DNA of 64,000 nucleotides, taken from the NCBI RefSeq assembly GCF_001194135.2, contig NC_068989.1, positions 58,882,631 to 58,946,630 on the forward strand, given 5' to 3'. The position numbers and the translations under genes are program-made. The stretch is from Octopus bimaculoides. Lineage: Eukaryota. How positions within the stretch are numbered: position 1 is the stretch's first letter; every line of letters starts with the position of its first letter. The notes below the pieces were generated by a model that was given only the letters and a program-made list of their open reading frames with translations, was not told the origin of the DNA and made no database searches. Shown here piece after piece: positions 49,604-61,957 of this stretch.

Positions 49604-49617
49604 GGTGCTGTTGCTGC
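49547..49617. repeat. (CTA)n with (CTG)n flanks
   Basis: direct reading. Confidence 0.97.
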
Positions 49618-49929
49618 TAAATTATGTAATGATAATACACACAGGCCCACAAAGAAGACTAATATAAACGTATTGAACTATAGAAAGACCTCTAATGCTC
49701 TTTCGGTCTGTGAGTGTATATATCTATCTAATGGTGTTTTGATGATTTGATGACTAGCTTTCTTTATTTGCATCAATTCTTGAATATACAATTGTATTGC
49801 ATAATACTGACTACAGATATTAATGAAAACAGGTTCGCATAATTTCTTGTATAATGAAGTTAATACCATATCAAAAAGTTTGCGGAACGGCTGTAATCTG
49901 ATGAAAGCCATGTGTTATATATATGAAAG

Positions 49930-49995
<66 letters not shown>

Positions 49996-50228
49996 ACACA
50001 CACACACACTCATAAACAAACACATGCACATACACTTACGCACACACTCATGCGCACACAGACACACACTCATGCATACATGTATTGGCGCACATGTTTG
50101 TATCCGTTGAAGGTCGCTGGATTCAAAAGTTGGTGGGTTGATGATGTGGGTTGCATTGGTTTACATGTTACTGATGGTGGGCCGGTCTTGTTTGTGGTAT
50201 GGTGGTTATATTGTTCTTGCTAATTGTA

Positions 50229-50282
50229 TTGTTGTAGCTGTTTAGTGTCAAGTTAATCCTCGTAGACCTAAGATCAAAGACA
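50229..50282 (-). mobile_element. Short retroposon 3'-end fragment (AAC-tailed family)
   Basis: Homologous to 37128-37204. Confidence 0.5.
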
Positions 50283-50401
50283 GTTCATTCAACTTCTAAA
50301 ATACTCTAGGATATCACATGATATGTTTGTATTCGAAATGGATTTGCTTAACTCCATACTATGTTGCGCTGTCGGTCGTTCTGTTGGTGTTAATGATAGA
50401 A

Positions 50402-50450
<49 letters not shown>

Positions 50451-51835
50451 TGTACATACATACACGTACACAAACACATAATCGCATTATGCACATTATA
50501 TATACATGTGTGTATCGTGATGATTGTCTTTCAAATCGTAAACTAGATACATTGATCTAAGCGAAAACGCAAATGGCCACTGAGTTAAGAAAATGTAGTT
50601 TTAAATTGTTAACAAATAAAAGACACGAGTACAAACAGTGTAATATAAAAATTCATATACATGCACACAAGACAAACATACATGTTTAACATATAGATTC
50701 AAAATGTTGAGCAAAGAAAGATAATCAATGCTGTCTTTGTGGTACTTGAAATAACTTATTGATGTGTGGTTGTTTAAATAGCATGTAACATGCTAACGGA
50801 GTTGACATAAACACTATTTTGTATTAAAATACGAAATCATTAATTAATTAGAGCAGACAGGGAAAAACTGATGCTAATTTTGAAATCAACGCTTAAGAAA
50901 GACCCAAGAACATGTCTAACTTTTAAGCATTAAAATGTGTGTTGGACAGTGTAATAGCCTATATTGTAGATAATATCAAAGGATTTATATGCCAGACGAT
51001 ATCAAATATCCTCCTGATAAATATAAAAAGAATTATCAGGAGCATTTAGTTTTTATGAAATTATCATTTGTTTCGTTAGTATTATGGTAGAGCATTTTAC
51101 CATGTTTTCTGGGCTTCCTGCATTGTAGCTAGTAGCTTTAGTGACAGGTTTTCTCAAGGGGATCAATTTTTTCGAGATTGCTATTCAAGAAAAGTCTGTT
51201 CGTCTTCACCTGACTGATTTCATACTCGAATATGCATAAATATATTCTGCTTTATTCCCCTGGTGCTACTCCGAATACCACAATTTTTCATAATCCTCTG
51301 CAAATTTCATTAGGGGTGATGCTTCTTTAACCTCCACTGAAAATTAGAGGCATTATTCCGTAGGTGCCAACTTTCTAAGCAAATCTAGCCTTTTAAATTG
51401 TTGTAATATGATTTTCACTACTTCAAGTTGAAAACATCGTACCAGACATATACAAAGTGATTCTATCAATTAATATTCTCTGACAGAATAATTATGAACT
51501 TGAACTGATGTCTCAAATCATTAATTTTTAAAGTCTGTATATTATAAATTAGTTCTTAAAATGAGATTTACTGTTCTTTGTAATAAATCAGAGTCTGTAT
51601 TTTTGGAATCATTTATCTCCATCTTTTAACCATTTTTATAACTATTGTTTAATTCATTTAACAAACATTCGTTTTCAATTCAGTCACATGGTACAAAATT
51701 TAGAAGAACAAAAACAGAAATAATTTGTTGAAATTGCTTTACCAAACAAATGTGCACGATAGGAACATAGAAATACCCTTTATTTTAGGGAAGAGAATTA
51801 GAGTAAGAGACATTCATCCATTTTCAAACGCTATT

Positions 51836-52005
51836 ACCACATGTTGTATGTCTAACCCACATGTCATTGTAAATATCCAGATATGTTATACATCTAGACC
51901 AAATATTATGTGATATATCTGACTACATATTGACATGTAGGCCACATGTTATGTAACTAGAGGACATCTTATATGTCTAGACCACATAGTATATATCTAG
52001 ATTAT
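51836..52005. repeat. Degenerate minisatellite, about 20-bp unit, about 8 copies
   Basis: Unit close to CCACATGTTATATGTCTAGA, repeated with variants. Confidence 0.75.
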
Positions 52006-53301
52006 GTGATGCTACCAAATAGTCCAATTTCCCTTGCAGTGTACACCCTTGTTACAACAGTAACAAGATTTAAAAAATTAAAATCCAGTTTTTTTTTTCA
52101 CTGAATACCTGCAAATATAAACCCGATTTTTTCTTTTCTGCATTCATATAATTGTTTTTAAAAGCGCGATGGGTAACAGAATCGTTGGAATGTCAGACTA
52201 AGTTCCTTACGTATTGATAACGTTTTTTACTCGCTGTGTTCAAAACCCACATTTGAATTATTAAGGCTCATTAAATTAAATATAGCTGCATAAAAAGACA
52301 AAGAGGTATAATGCTAGATAAGAGCGAGTTTACAAAGAAACAATGAATAGTAGCTGAAAAAGAAAATTGTGAAGGTAGCTATGAGAAGTGTAAGAGCGTT
52401 GAAATCAGATGAAACAGTGTATATGATAATGTGACATGAAACTTGCGTTTAAGACAGTGTCAAAAATAGAAAATATGGATATAGATAAGTAGTAGTAAAT
52501 CTCTTGAGACTTATTGTCTTGCTTCAATACTTTAGGAATAAGTTGCATGGAAAAGTAAGGTAGAGTGAATCCTAAAATCTTTCAGAACAGAAACCAGGGA
52601 CATTTCTCTCAATATATGCCACATACTGAGAAAATATATGTTGCTTTTCAGAATTTTGACATCATTATACATTTCGAAATCAACCCAATCGATCATTTCA
52701 GGACAGCTACATGTATTGGTTGTACTAGTGTGAATATAATATGTAATATGCATTGTATTTATTTCCGTTTCTATTTTACATATTTCAACGCTATGTATCG
52801 CTGAAAGTGTAAATATTGCCAAAAAAGCTGGTATGTTTGGAAGAAAGTCGCTTCGAGAATTTGTTTTGTAGGACTTATACTAACATTTTATAGGTTCAGT
52901 GATTGGTCCGAGACAAACCTAGTTAATGACGCAATAGTTCACTGTTTGTGATATTATTTGCTTTAATGGCTTCAGAGGCTGTACTATAAGATACATGTAC
53001 AAATTGCCACTCAGTGGTATCCAAATGAGAACCAGTTATTGGAAACTACACTATCATAGCTATATCGAAATTATATGACAATTCATTTGATGTACCTGTT
53101 AAAATATTCTGGGGTATTTATCATTCACAATGGTCTAATCCTATCTGTTGATATACTCGAAAAGATTTTAACCGAAAAAAAAAAAAAAAAAGAGAGAAAC
53201 TGCAATCAATAAATAAAGTGAATGGAAATCTGAAAGGACGCGGCGTTACTCTCATATAATCCATTAAAATAAGTATATATAAACAAGCGTCTCTTAATAT
53301 T

Positions 53302-53517
53302 TATTTCTTTATTGCCCACAGAGGGCAAACAAGGACAGACAAAGGGATTAAGTTGATTATATCGATCCTAGTGAGTAACTGGAACTTATTTAATCGACCC
53401 CGAAAAGAGGGATGGCAGAGGCAACCTCGGCGGAATTTGAACTCAGAACGTAACGGCAGGCGAAATGTCGCTAAGTATTTCGCCCGGCGGACTAACGATT
53501 CTGCCAGCTCGCCGCTT
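53302..53517 (-). mobile_element. SINE family A with a third, unrelated 3' tail
   Basis: 17-bp TSD AAGCGTCT(C/A)TTAATATT at 53285-53301 and 53520-53536; tail CCCTTTGTCTGTCCTTGTTTGCCCTCTGTGGGCAATAAAG. Confidence 0.93.
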
Positions 53518-53759
53518 TAAAGCGTCTATTAATATTAAAGTAGAAAATATTAATCTAATTTTATTAACTTTAGAGTAATAAATACAATCACTTGCAATAT
53601 TTCAAAAATATCCTTATGACAATATGATGATAGAGTATACAAGATTGTGGGGACATAAACAAAACACCAGCTGTCAAGCGGTGGTGGAGGACAGACAAAA
53701 ACACAAAGACGCATACACATAGATGGATACACTCAGATGCAGGCACACGCGCGCGCGCG

Positions 53760-53809
<50 letters not shown>

Positions 53810-54344
53810 TGCTTTGTGTGAAATTAGCCACACTAGGTATTTTCATCAACTTGTGATGAGGATCATCTGTGGATTATCGCGACTAAATTCCTGACTGTAT
53901 ATATTTATGTGTAAGCCCCCTCCCCTCTGTTAGTACATAGTTAATTATTTGTAACTCGTCACTCTTATACAGTTATGCAAATGAGTTTGTGTTTCATACA
54001 ACTTTATGTAGTTCTTTTGGGGCGGGGTGATGGGCGACCTATGAAGAATTGTAAAGTCAGCGACACCGACGGGTTTGATTCCTATTTCAAATAACTGAAG
54101 AGGCCCACGTGGACCTAGTTATACAACGAGGTCAGTCATGAAGATATGCATTTATACGTGTGTGTGTTTGTGTGTGTGCGTGTGAGTGTGAGTGAGAGAG
54201 AGAGAGAGAGAGAGAGTGTGTGTGAGAGAGTGAGTGAATAACTAATCCAACTATTATGTAGAAAGACCTATCAATCGAGACAATAGAGATATGTGTTTCA
54301 ACTTAGGTCATTAAGTGACACTTTTCGATTGATATCACATATAC

Positions 54345-54517
54345 TTAATTTTATTGCGGGCAATATCATTAGAGCTGGGATAAACGATTTTCTCTTCTTG
54401 GTTTGGTTTAGAGAAAGGCGTACTTTTGTTTTTGGAAGATTCTTCAAGACCTGTAGAATTGACATTATTTTTGCTTCTCTTTTCATGAACAGATGCAGTT
54501 CTAGTGTTTATATTATC
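54345..54517 (-). CDS. Candidate internal exon, hydrophilic S/N/K/E-rich
   Basis: Acceptor TTATTTACATTTTGCAAG|, donor AA|GTATAT; 173 nt, phase 0 to 2: DNINTRTASVHEKRSKNNVNSTGLEESSKNKSTPFSKPNQEEKIVYPSSNDIARNKI. Confidence 0.35.
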
Positions 54518-56575
54518 CTTGCAAAATGTAAATAATCGTTGCATTTTGCAAACCTCGTGTTTCCAAAACAAAGCAGCATTTTTTAAACCTATTGCAGACA
54601 CTTGAAAAATAGTTGAAGTTTGTTGGTTCCATACTTAACTGCTCCACACAAAAACATTTACATTTGAAATATACATCAACTCGTCACTTTGTGATTTGTT
54701 ATTTCTGTCTTGTCTGTACCTGTCTGTTTATGTAACTTATGAAATATTTATTGTTATTGAATCCATTTTATCTTCACAACTCAATGCATTTTCCCCGACA
54801 TATATGAAATTCATTCTCTTCTGTAGGCTCTCGACAGAGATAAGTTACACAAATCCTCAAACCACAGACTCACACACACAAATATATAAATGTGTGTGCG
54901 TGCGTGTAGAGGTTCATATGTGTGTACCTAAGAAAAAGTGTAGGACTTATTATTGAGAATGAAAGTAATATGACATGTAATGTAAATGCATATTTATTAA
55001 GATATTCCAAATACATCAGTCGTAGTTACGTCTAATGAGAAGGGATGATCACGTGCACAACAATATTGTTATGCACGTGATCGAAGGGGAAGAAACTGAA
55101 TCTGTTTACTACCTAGATATCTATACACTCACCAAATGGCGGTGTTTGCTCAGTATAATTTTATTTTATGATCCCTCATTTCCTTCTACATTGAAAGTTT
55201 CTCAGTATTCAGTAACCAGAATGTAATGTTATAAATATTTTAGCAATATAAATTTATTCTTTATCGATTTGAATTTTGTAATTGTTAGAGCAAGTTTCTT
55301 GTGAAACATATAATGCACATAAAACATATATTACATGACATTATTCACTTCATCTCATTTTAATGAGATATCGCTCGCAGTTGAAATGTTTTTATTAATT
55401 TAGATGTCACGGAAGGTTTTATTGATTTAAAATAAATCTACACAATAAAAACAAATCCCCGTTGCAGTTGTGAATGACATAAGGTCTTGCAATATGTTTC
55501 AAGATGCCATCTGTTTAAAAAATGTAAGGCTCTGAATAAAAACTTGATATGGCAGCCGACAGAAAGGATGTCACGGAGTCATGATAAGCTTCTTAGAAAG
55601 TGTTTTCGGGAAAATAATATTGCTTGATACAGTTTAACTGCAGTTTGATTGTAATTAGATGGCTTTTCTTAGAATAACTGATATTGAAGGAATATATTTT
55701 GGGAATCTTATGTACAAGCTTCCTGTTTGAATAAGAACTTTCTCAATGAATAACATAATGTCCTTCAAATAGTTCATTTAATGAATTTCACTCATATTTG
55801 CGTCTGAAAAATACACACACATATACATGCACAGATACATGCACACATGCATGCATACATATATGCGCGCACACACATACTTTGTATTAACTCATAAAGA
55901 AGATATTTTATAAAAGGGAAAAGTATATTTTTGTTTGTCGAAGTGATAAGTAAATTTTCTCTCTAAAGTTATTTTCCCTAACCTGGCCTTTACGTAACTC
56001 AAATATCTGAAAGTCCAGTATTACTCTGAGAGAGCGTCGTTCATGCAGTCGCTTCCGCCTCCCATTTAACTGCTTTCTCGCTAATTGTTTCAGGGGTGAT
56101 ATAAAAATGTTTTATAAATGGTGGGATATGAAAGAGAAACATTCTTGCTGTTCCTGAACTGAAATATCAACTCCAGTAATCGTTAATTCTAGTAATATTA
56201 AGTATACGAGAGTCGATTTTTATTATTTATGCCCTTTCGTTCTTTTACAGGTTTCTGTTATTGGTCTGCGGCTGTGCTGGATCATAACATTCAGGGGTTT
56301 TAGCAATTTATATCGTCCCACAAATTTAGTCCTTATTTCATATATCTTGCGAAACACAAAATGCAAAGTGGTTATTAACCCAGTGGGAGATAACTCGTCC
56401 GGCATATATGTTGCATAATGTTTCTATTCGAATGTAGCGGTTTTCGTTTACTCTACGTCATTAAATGCATACATGTGTGTTTGAGTGGGTGCATGCGTGT
56501 GTATATTCATACATATACATATACATACAAATATACATTATATACAAGTGTATGTGTATACGCACGCACACACAA

Positions 56576-56653
<78 letters not shown>

Positions 56654-57597
56654 ATGACATTGACATCATTCTTTGGATTTGTTGCGAACAATTCTTTCTC
56701 ATGTTACTGGAGAATCGCAAACAATTTAGGAGCTACTTAACCAGCTGCTCACACAACAGTTCATACCATCTGACAACTATATTCATTCATTTCTACAGCT
56801 TTTATCACTTCACAATGTTTCTCTGTTTCCGGATAAGATACAACTTTTGCGACGTTTTTTAAAAATTTTTTTGGTAACGCTACTAAATTTCCTGTCTTTA
56901 TATTTCGTGATTTTCTATCACGCATGTAAATGATTAGATCAATGATAATCCACAAATAAAACACCATACCTGCCAAGAGATTTTGAAAAGGAGTTGTGCC
57001 CCATACAGCCTCACAAAGACAATGCGTATGGGATCTTTTCTGTTACTGTCACAGCTTTTGAAATTTTAAATTTAAATGAGAAATTTCAAATTTGGTATAT
57101 TGATGTAATTTTTCACGCTGAATCTGATTTCGTTATTCACTTGTTGAAGACAAATTTCAGAAGAATGTTACAGAGGTTTAAAGTTTGATAATTTTGCCGA
57201 CTTTACTCGTCATCCCTCCTGGGTCGATAACATAAAGTGCCAGCTAAATTCTGAAGTCGATGGTACAAACGAACCCCTTTCATTCAAAACTGATGACCTT
57301 CTTTTCAAATTAGAAACCACCACCATCGCCACCACCAACGCGAGATCGTGTTTGAATTCATAGATCGGGTGGTGTGTTATGTTCTTGAGCAAAACACTTC
57401 ATCGCGCGTAGTTTTGCAATCAGTTCGATACCTGCCACAGCGATTTGATGGAGAGAGTGAGCTAATGTACAGCACATTCGATCACTATAAACAAATCATT
57501 TGTGCAGGTCGCTCAGCAAAATAAAACCAAAATACAAAAAATCTGAACATTCCTACATCGTCTTCGGCGGGTGAGTTTATTATTATTATTATTATTG

Positions 57598-57768
57598 AGT
57601 GAGAGAGCAGTGCATGCCATCAAAGTGACACTGGGGTAAAATATACGAAGCCCATTATACCCATCATGACTACTCGTCTGATAAGGGTATACCCAGACTG
57701 CACAAGCTTTTTCCGTATGATGTCAGTTCAGTTTTCCATCCCACCAGGAAACACGTTACATTCCCCGT
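57598..57768 (-). mobile_element. Retroposon 3'-end fragment between two (ATT)n tracts
   Basis: On the minus strand it ends ...GCATGCACTGCTCTCTCACTC(AAT)n; family assignment is from recall only. Confidence 0.5.
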
Positions 57769-57769
57769 A

Positions 57770-57852
<83 letters not shown>

Positions 57853-59415
57853 CCGTGACGCTTTTGCTCTGGCAGATGTTATACCTGTACTATACGAAAA
57901 GAGCGAGCCATATCCAATGGCCAAACATCCTTTCTGTCATTCCTTCTCATTCAGCTTTCTAACACCCTCTTCGGAATCCTTACTGATGCTAACAAGGCTG
58001 TTTACTGCAGCAGTCCCATCTTTGACGGCAATTCCTAGCTTGTCAAGCCATGCATCCAACTATTTACTAACTGCGCCCCGTGCGTCAACCATAATCGGCA
58101 CCAATTCTATGTGTCTGATTCTACATAATATCCTGATATCCCTCTTTAGATTCCGATATTTCTCAACTTTTTCACTTTCCTTCTTATTCACCTTGTGGTC
58201 ACTCCTTGTGGTCCACAATAATTGTTTTGTTCTTCTTCCTTTCTACAACAACATCAGGTTTTCTAGCCACGATGTGATGAACACGTCCCACAAGATATCA
58301 TATTGTTCGCTTCCAGCAACCCTTTCCGGTTGGTGCTCATATCGTTTTTCACATCTACTCATGTCATACATATGACAGAGCTTCCTGTGAACCAATGCGG
58401 CAATGCTGTTGTGCCTTCTCTTGTACTCTTTCTGTGTATGCATCTTTCATTCACTAATAATGTGGTTTATTATTTTTACCTTTCACACCATGCAACCTAC
58501 AAAGTGGTGATGTCACTGACTTGTCGATATAGTTCATTCTCCGTGCTTGTTCTTGGTCTGCGAAAATAAGGGCTTCAATTTTAACTTTCAAATCGCTTTT
58601 TCTTGTTCATTCCTAGATCAACTGTTTCAGGCATTTCCTGCTGGAATTGACCATACATATTTTTTCCATTTCCATCTATTCAAGGTGTCATTCTGACTGC
58701 CTTGTTTAAATTCCCCCATTTCCTTTGCCTGATCACTTACTTAGGGCTTTCACCTTTCTTACTCCTACCATCAATCTCTCCTTTATATTCTTTACATACC
58801 ATTCCATATTATTTTCTTCAGACTTAACACATGTTTCACAGCTAATGATACCTCTTCCTCCTCTCTGTTGTGATAGATACCTGTCCAAGCCACTTTTAGT
58901 GTGTTGAGTTCCCTGTAGTGTCATCATTTTCTTGGTCTTTCTATCAAGCTCCTTAAGTTCATCACTTATCCTCTCTGTCATAGCGCTATACCTTAGAGCT
59001 GCAACGGCCCATGTGTTGACAGCCAGTATTTTATTCATACCACTTAACTTTGTCTTTAACACGAATTTCAGTCACAGTTTATTTTCCTTTGATGACAGCT
59101 CTTTCATTTGGTCTGTTTCAAGGATGCTTAAGTAACTATATCCGTTGCCGTCAATTTCCTCCATAACTTGCCTATCTGGTAATATAATTCCTTCTATCTT
59201 ATCAATTCTACATCGCTTCAGTAGTAGTACTCCACACTTTTTTTATGCCAAAGACCGTTCCTATGTCCGTACTGAATGTATGAACTGTCTGTACGAGGGA
59301 ATCAATCTGTTCATGGGATTTCCCAAAGAGTTTTATGCCATCCATGAACAGTAGATGATTTATCGCGTCCTTCCTGCTCGTAACTAGCCTTTGCCCTTCT
59401 CAACATTAATTAAAG
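57853..59415 (-). mobile_element. 5'-truncated R4/Dong-clade LINE (RT + CCHC + restriction-like endonuclease), decayed
   Basis: LRRAKASYE, INHLLFMDGIKLFGKSHEQIDSLVQTVHTFSTDIG (FMDD mutated), KLSGMNKILAVNTWAVAALRYS, LDRKTKKMMT, GGRGIIS, QKEYKRRHNSIAALVHRKLC, ILWD, EKVEKYRNLKRDIR, GLLQ*TALLASVRIPKRVLES* (stop 57951-57953), a 3'UTR, then an (AAT)n tail at 57770-57852. Confidence 0.92.
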
Positions 59416-59527
59416 TAGAACAATACATAGTACAAACAGCAAAGTTGGAAGACTGTCTCCCTGAAATATTCCTCTCTTGATGTTCACAACTCATTATCAT
59501 CATTATTATTATTACTAACCCCTCCAA

Positions 59528-59685
59528 GGAGGCGAGCTGACAGAATTGTTAGCACGCTGGATGAAATGCATAGCGGTATTTCTCTCGTCGCTACATTCTG
59601 AGTTTAAATTCCGCCGAGGTCGACTTTGGCTTTCATCCTTTCAGGGTCGATAAATTAAGTACTAGTGAAACACCGGTGTCGATGT
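59528..59685 (+). mobile_element. SINE family A, 3'-truncated
   Basis: GGAGGCGAGCTGACAGAATTG head; breaks off at GTCGATGT. Confidence 0.9.
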
Positions 59686-59856
59686 TATTTTTATAACGTG
59701 CTTTCACTTCACTACCGAGCGCAGTTCTGTGCGCCTTGGATATATGCTGTGGTTTGCTGTGGTGCTCTTATGTTTACTGTATTGAAAGTGTTTTGCGTAG
59801 AATGTGTGCAGTACCCAGTAGTGCAATTTTCTGTATGTTATATATATTTGTAAGTC

Positions 59857-59858
<2 letters not shown>
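59686..59858 (-). mobile_element. Extreme 3' fragment of a second R4/Dong-like LINE family
   Basis: Minus frame NIYNIQKIALLGTAHILRKTLSIQ* is the REL-LINE C-terminal LQK.ALLGTA.ILRK motif; its 3'UTR differs from the element at 57853. Confidence 0.8.
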
Positions 59859-59938
<80 letters not shown>

Positions 59939-59990
59939 GTTATTATTATTATTATCATCATTATTATTAATGTTATTGTTGTTAATGCCA
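59858..59990. repeat. (ATT)n microsatellite; others at 57578-57597, 57770-57852 and 60418-60450
   Basis: direct reading. Confidence 0.98.
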
Positions 59991-60450
59991 AAACTATTAA
60001 CAATTTAATTCAACAATACCGATGTTACTTATATTATGCAAGACTAAATGCTGCCAGAGATTAAGAACGTTGTTTAAAAATTTTTTTTTTATATTTAAAC
60101 AGAAACAAGTCTCTTCAACAAACTGGTATCATGGAGAAGACGTGCAAGATGTTCTGAAAATAATTAGACGTAAAGAAAAACAAATTCACGGTTCAAGGCT
60201 TTTATTTATTGCTGAAGTTTATTAGATTTTTATTATGCCGGAACGAAGATAAGATAACAGCAAACAATATTTAAGGGAGCCTTTGTTTTACATGCTTCAT
60301 TAAAACTCATAATATACTCCCTTCTCTCTCTCTTGGTTTGTAGAGTGGGTTATGAATTTAACGGTAACAACAATAACAGCAACAGCAACAGTAAGCAACA
60401 CTATTGTTGCAAATGATAATAATAATAATAATAACCATAATAATAATAAC

Positions 60451-60664
60451 GGTTTCAAACTTTTGTACAAGGCCAGGAATTTCGGGGTAGGGGGATGAGT
60501 CGAATACGTCGACCCCAGTACTCAACTGGTGCTTATTTCTTCGACCCAGGAAGGATGAAAAGCAAAGTCGACCTCAGCGGAATTTGAACTCAGAATGTAA
60601 AGATAGACGAAATGCAGCTGAGCGCTTTGTCCGGTGTGTTAACGATTCTGCTAGTTTCGCTGCC
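60451..60664 (-). mobile_element. SINE family A inserted in an (AAT)n tract
   Basis: Full-length homology; AATAATAATA on both sides. Confidence 0.9.
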
Positions 60665-61526
60665 TTAAATAATAATAATGATAATGCAACAAATCAATAT
60701 TGGTACAAGCAACAACAACACAAAGGTTTGAAATATTTTTGTTCCTCGAACTTCTTATGCAATCTTTCTTCTTTATTTTCTCTCGGACATGAACGGTGCT
60801 ATTAGGGTTTTTGTTTTTTAATGAAAACAATTTGCTTAGCCCCCACTCACTCATCTTTGCCCTGTTTCTTGAGAAAGGGATGCTCATGGTGCAATGATTG
60901 AGAAAGACACAGAGAGGAAAAAAAAGAGAGACAGAGATAGATTGAGAAAAAAAGAGAGAAAGAGATAGAAAGAAGGAAAGAAAGGGAGGGAGAGAGGAGA
61001 GAGAGCAAGAAATAGAAGATGAAGAAAAAAGAGAAGCTGAAAAGGAAAAGGCTGAAGAATAAGGAAAGGGAAAATGTGAAGAGGGTGAAAAAGAAGAAAA
61101 ATAATGGTAAAGAGGAAACCGGTAAACAACAAGATGACTTAATACCAGTATTTATTAATATTGCCTTTATCGACTCTAGAAGGATGGAAGACACAACATC
61201 TGCGATGTTTGAATTCAACAGGAACAAATTCTTTAAGACATTCCATCTGATCCTTTGACCACTCCGTCCTTTTTCACTTTTTCTTTGTTCAATTTATTCC
61301 TCAATCGCAATTGCTGAAATTTTAATAAGAACAATATTTTCTTGGAGAGACACCAAGAAATGTTGTAAGAAATTCCATGACTTAAGACAAAAGATATGGA
61401 AACTATTAGTATTTATTACTTTTCTCAACTGACGCAAATTGGACAGTGTTCTCAATTCCCCGGGAACAGTATCAACAATGATAATCGCTTTACTAACGAT
61501 AAAACTATTATTAATAAGAACAGTAA

Positions 61527-61788
61527 ATAAATAAAATAAATGCGCCCTTTTAAAGCCTAGCCAGGCTCATGGGCCCGGTTTCCCGGTTTCAATGGCGTAT
61601 GTGTTCCCCGGCTGGACGGGAGGCCAGTCCATCAGAGCGTTACTCATTTTTGCCAGCTGAGTGGACTGGAGCAACGTGAAATGAAGTGTTTTACTCAAGA
61701 ACACAACGCGTCGACCGGTCCAGGAATCGAAACTACAATCTTACGATCATGGTGTTGACACCCTAACCACTAAGCCACGCGCCTCCAC
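61527..61788 (-). mobile_element. Full-length tRNA-derived SINE, family D (CORE-like central domain)
   Basis: Head GGAGGCGCGTGGCTTAGTGGTTAGGGTG...GTTTCGATTCCTGG, then GTTGTGTTCTTGAGTAAAACACTT...GCTCCAGTCCACTCAGCTG; 14-bp TSD AATAAGAACAGTAA at 61513-61526 and 61789-61802. Confidence 0.95.
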
Positions 61789-61918
61789 AATAAGAACAGT
61801 AAGGGCACTACTATTACCACTACTAACAACAATGCAACAGTAGTAGTAACAGCAGTGGCACTAACTGTGATGCTAATTGCAACGGCAATATATATATNNN
61901 NNNNNNNNNNNNNNNNNN

Positions 61919-61957
<39 letters not shown>

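Noticed and set aside
59290-59305. TACGAGGG mariner TIR start
   Set aside because: It lies in frame within the R4/Dong RT (DSLVQTV) on the opposite strand.
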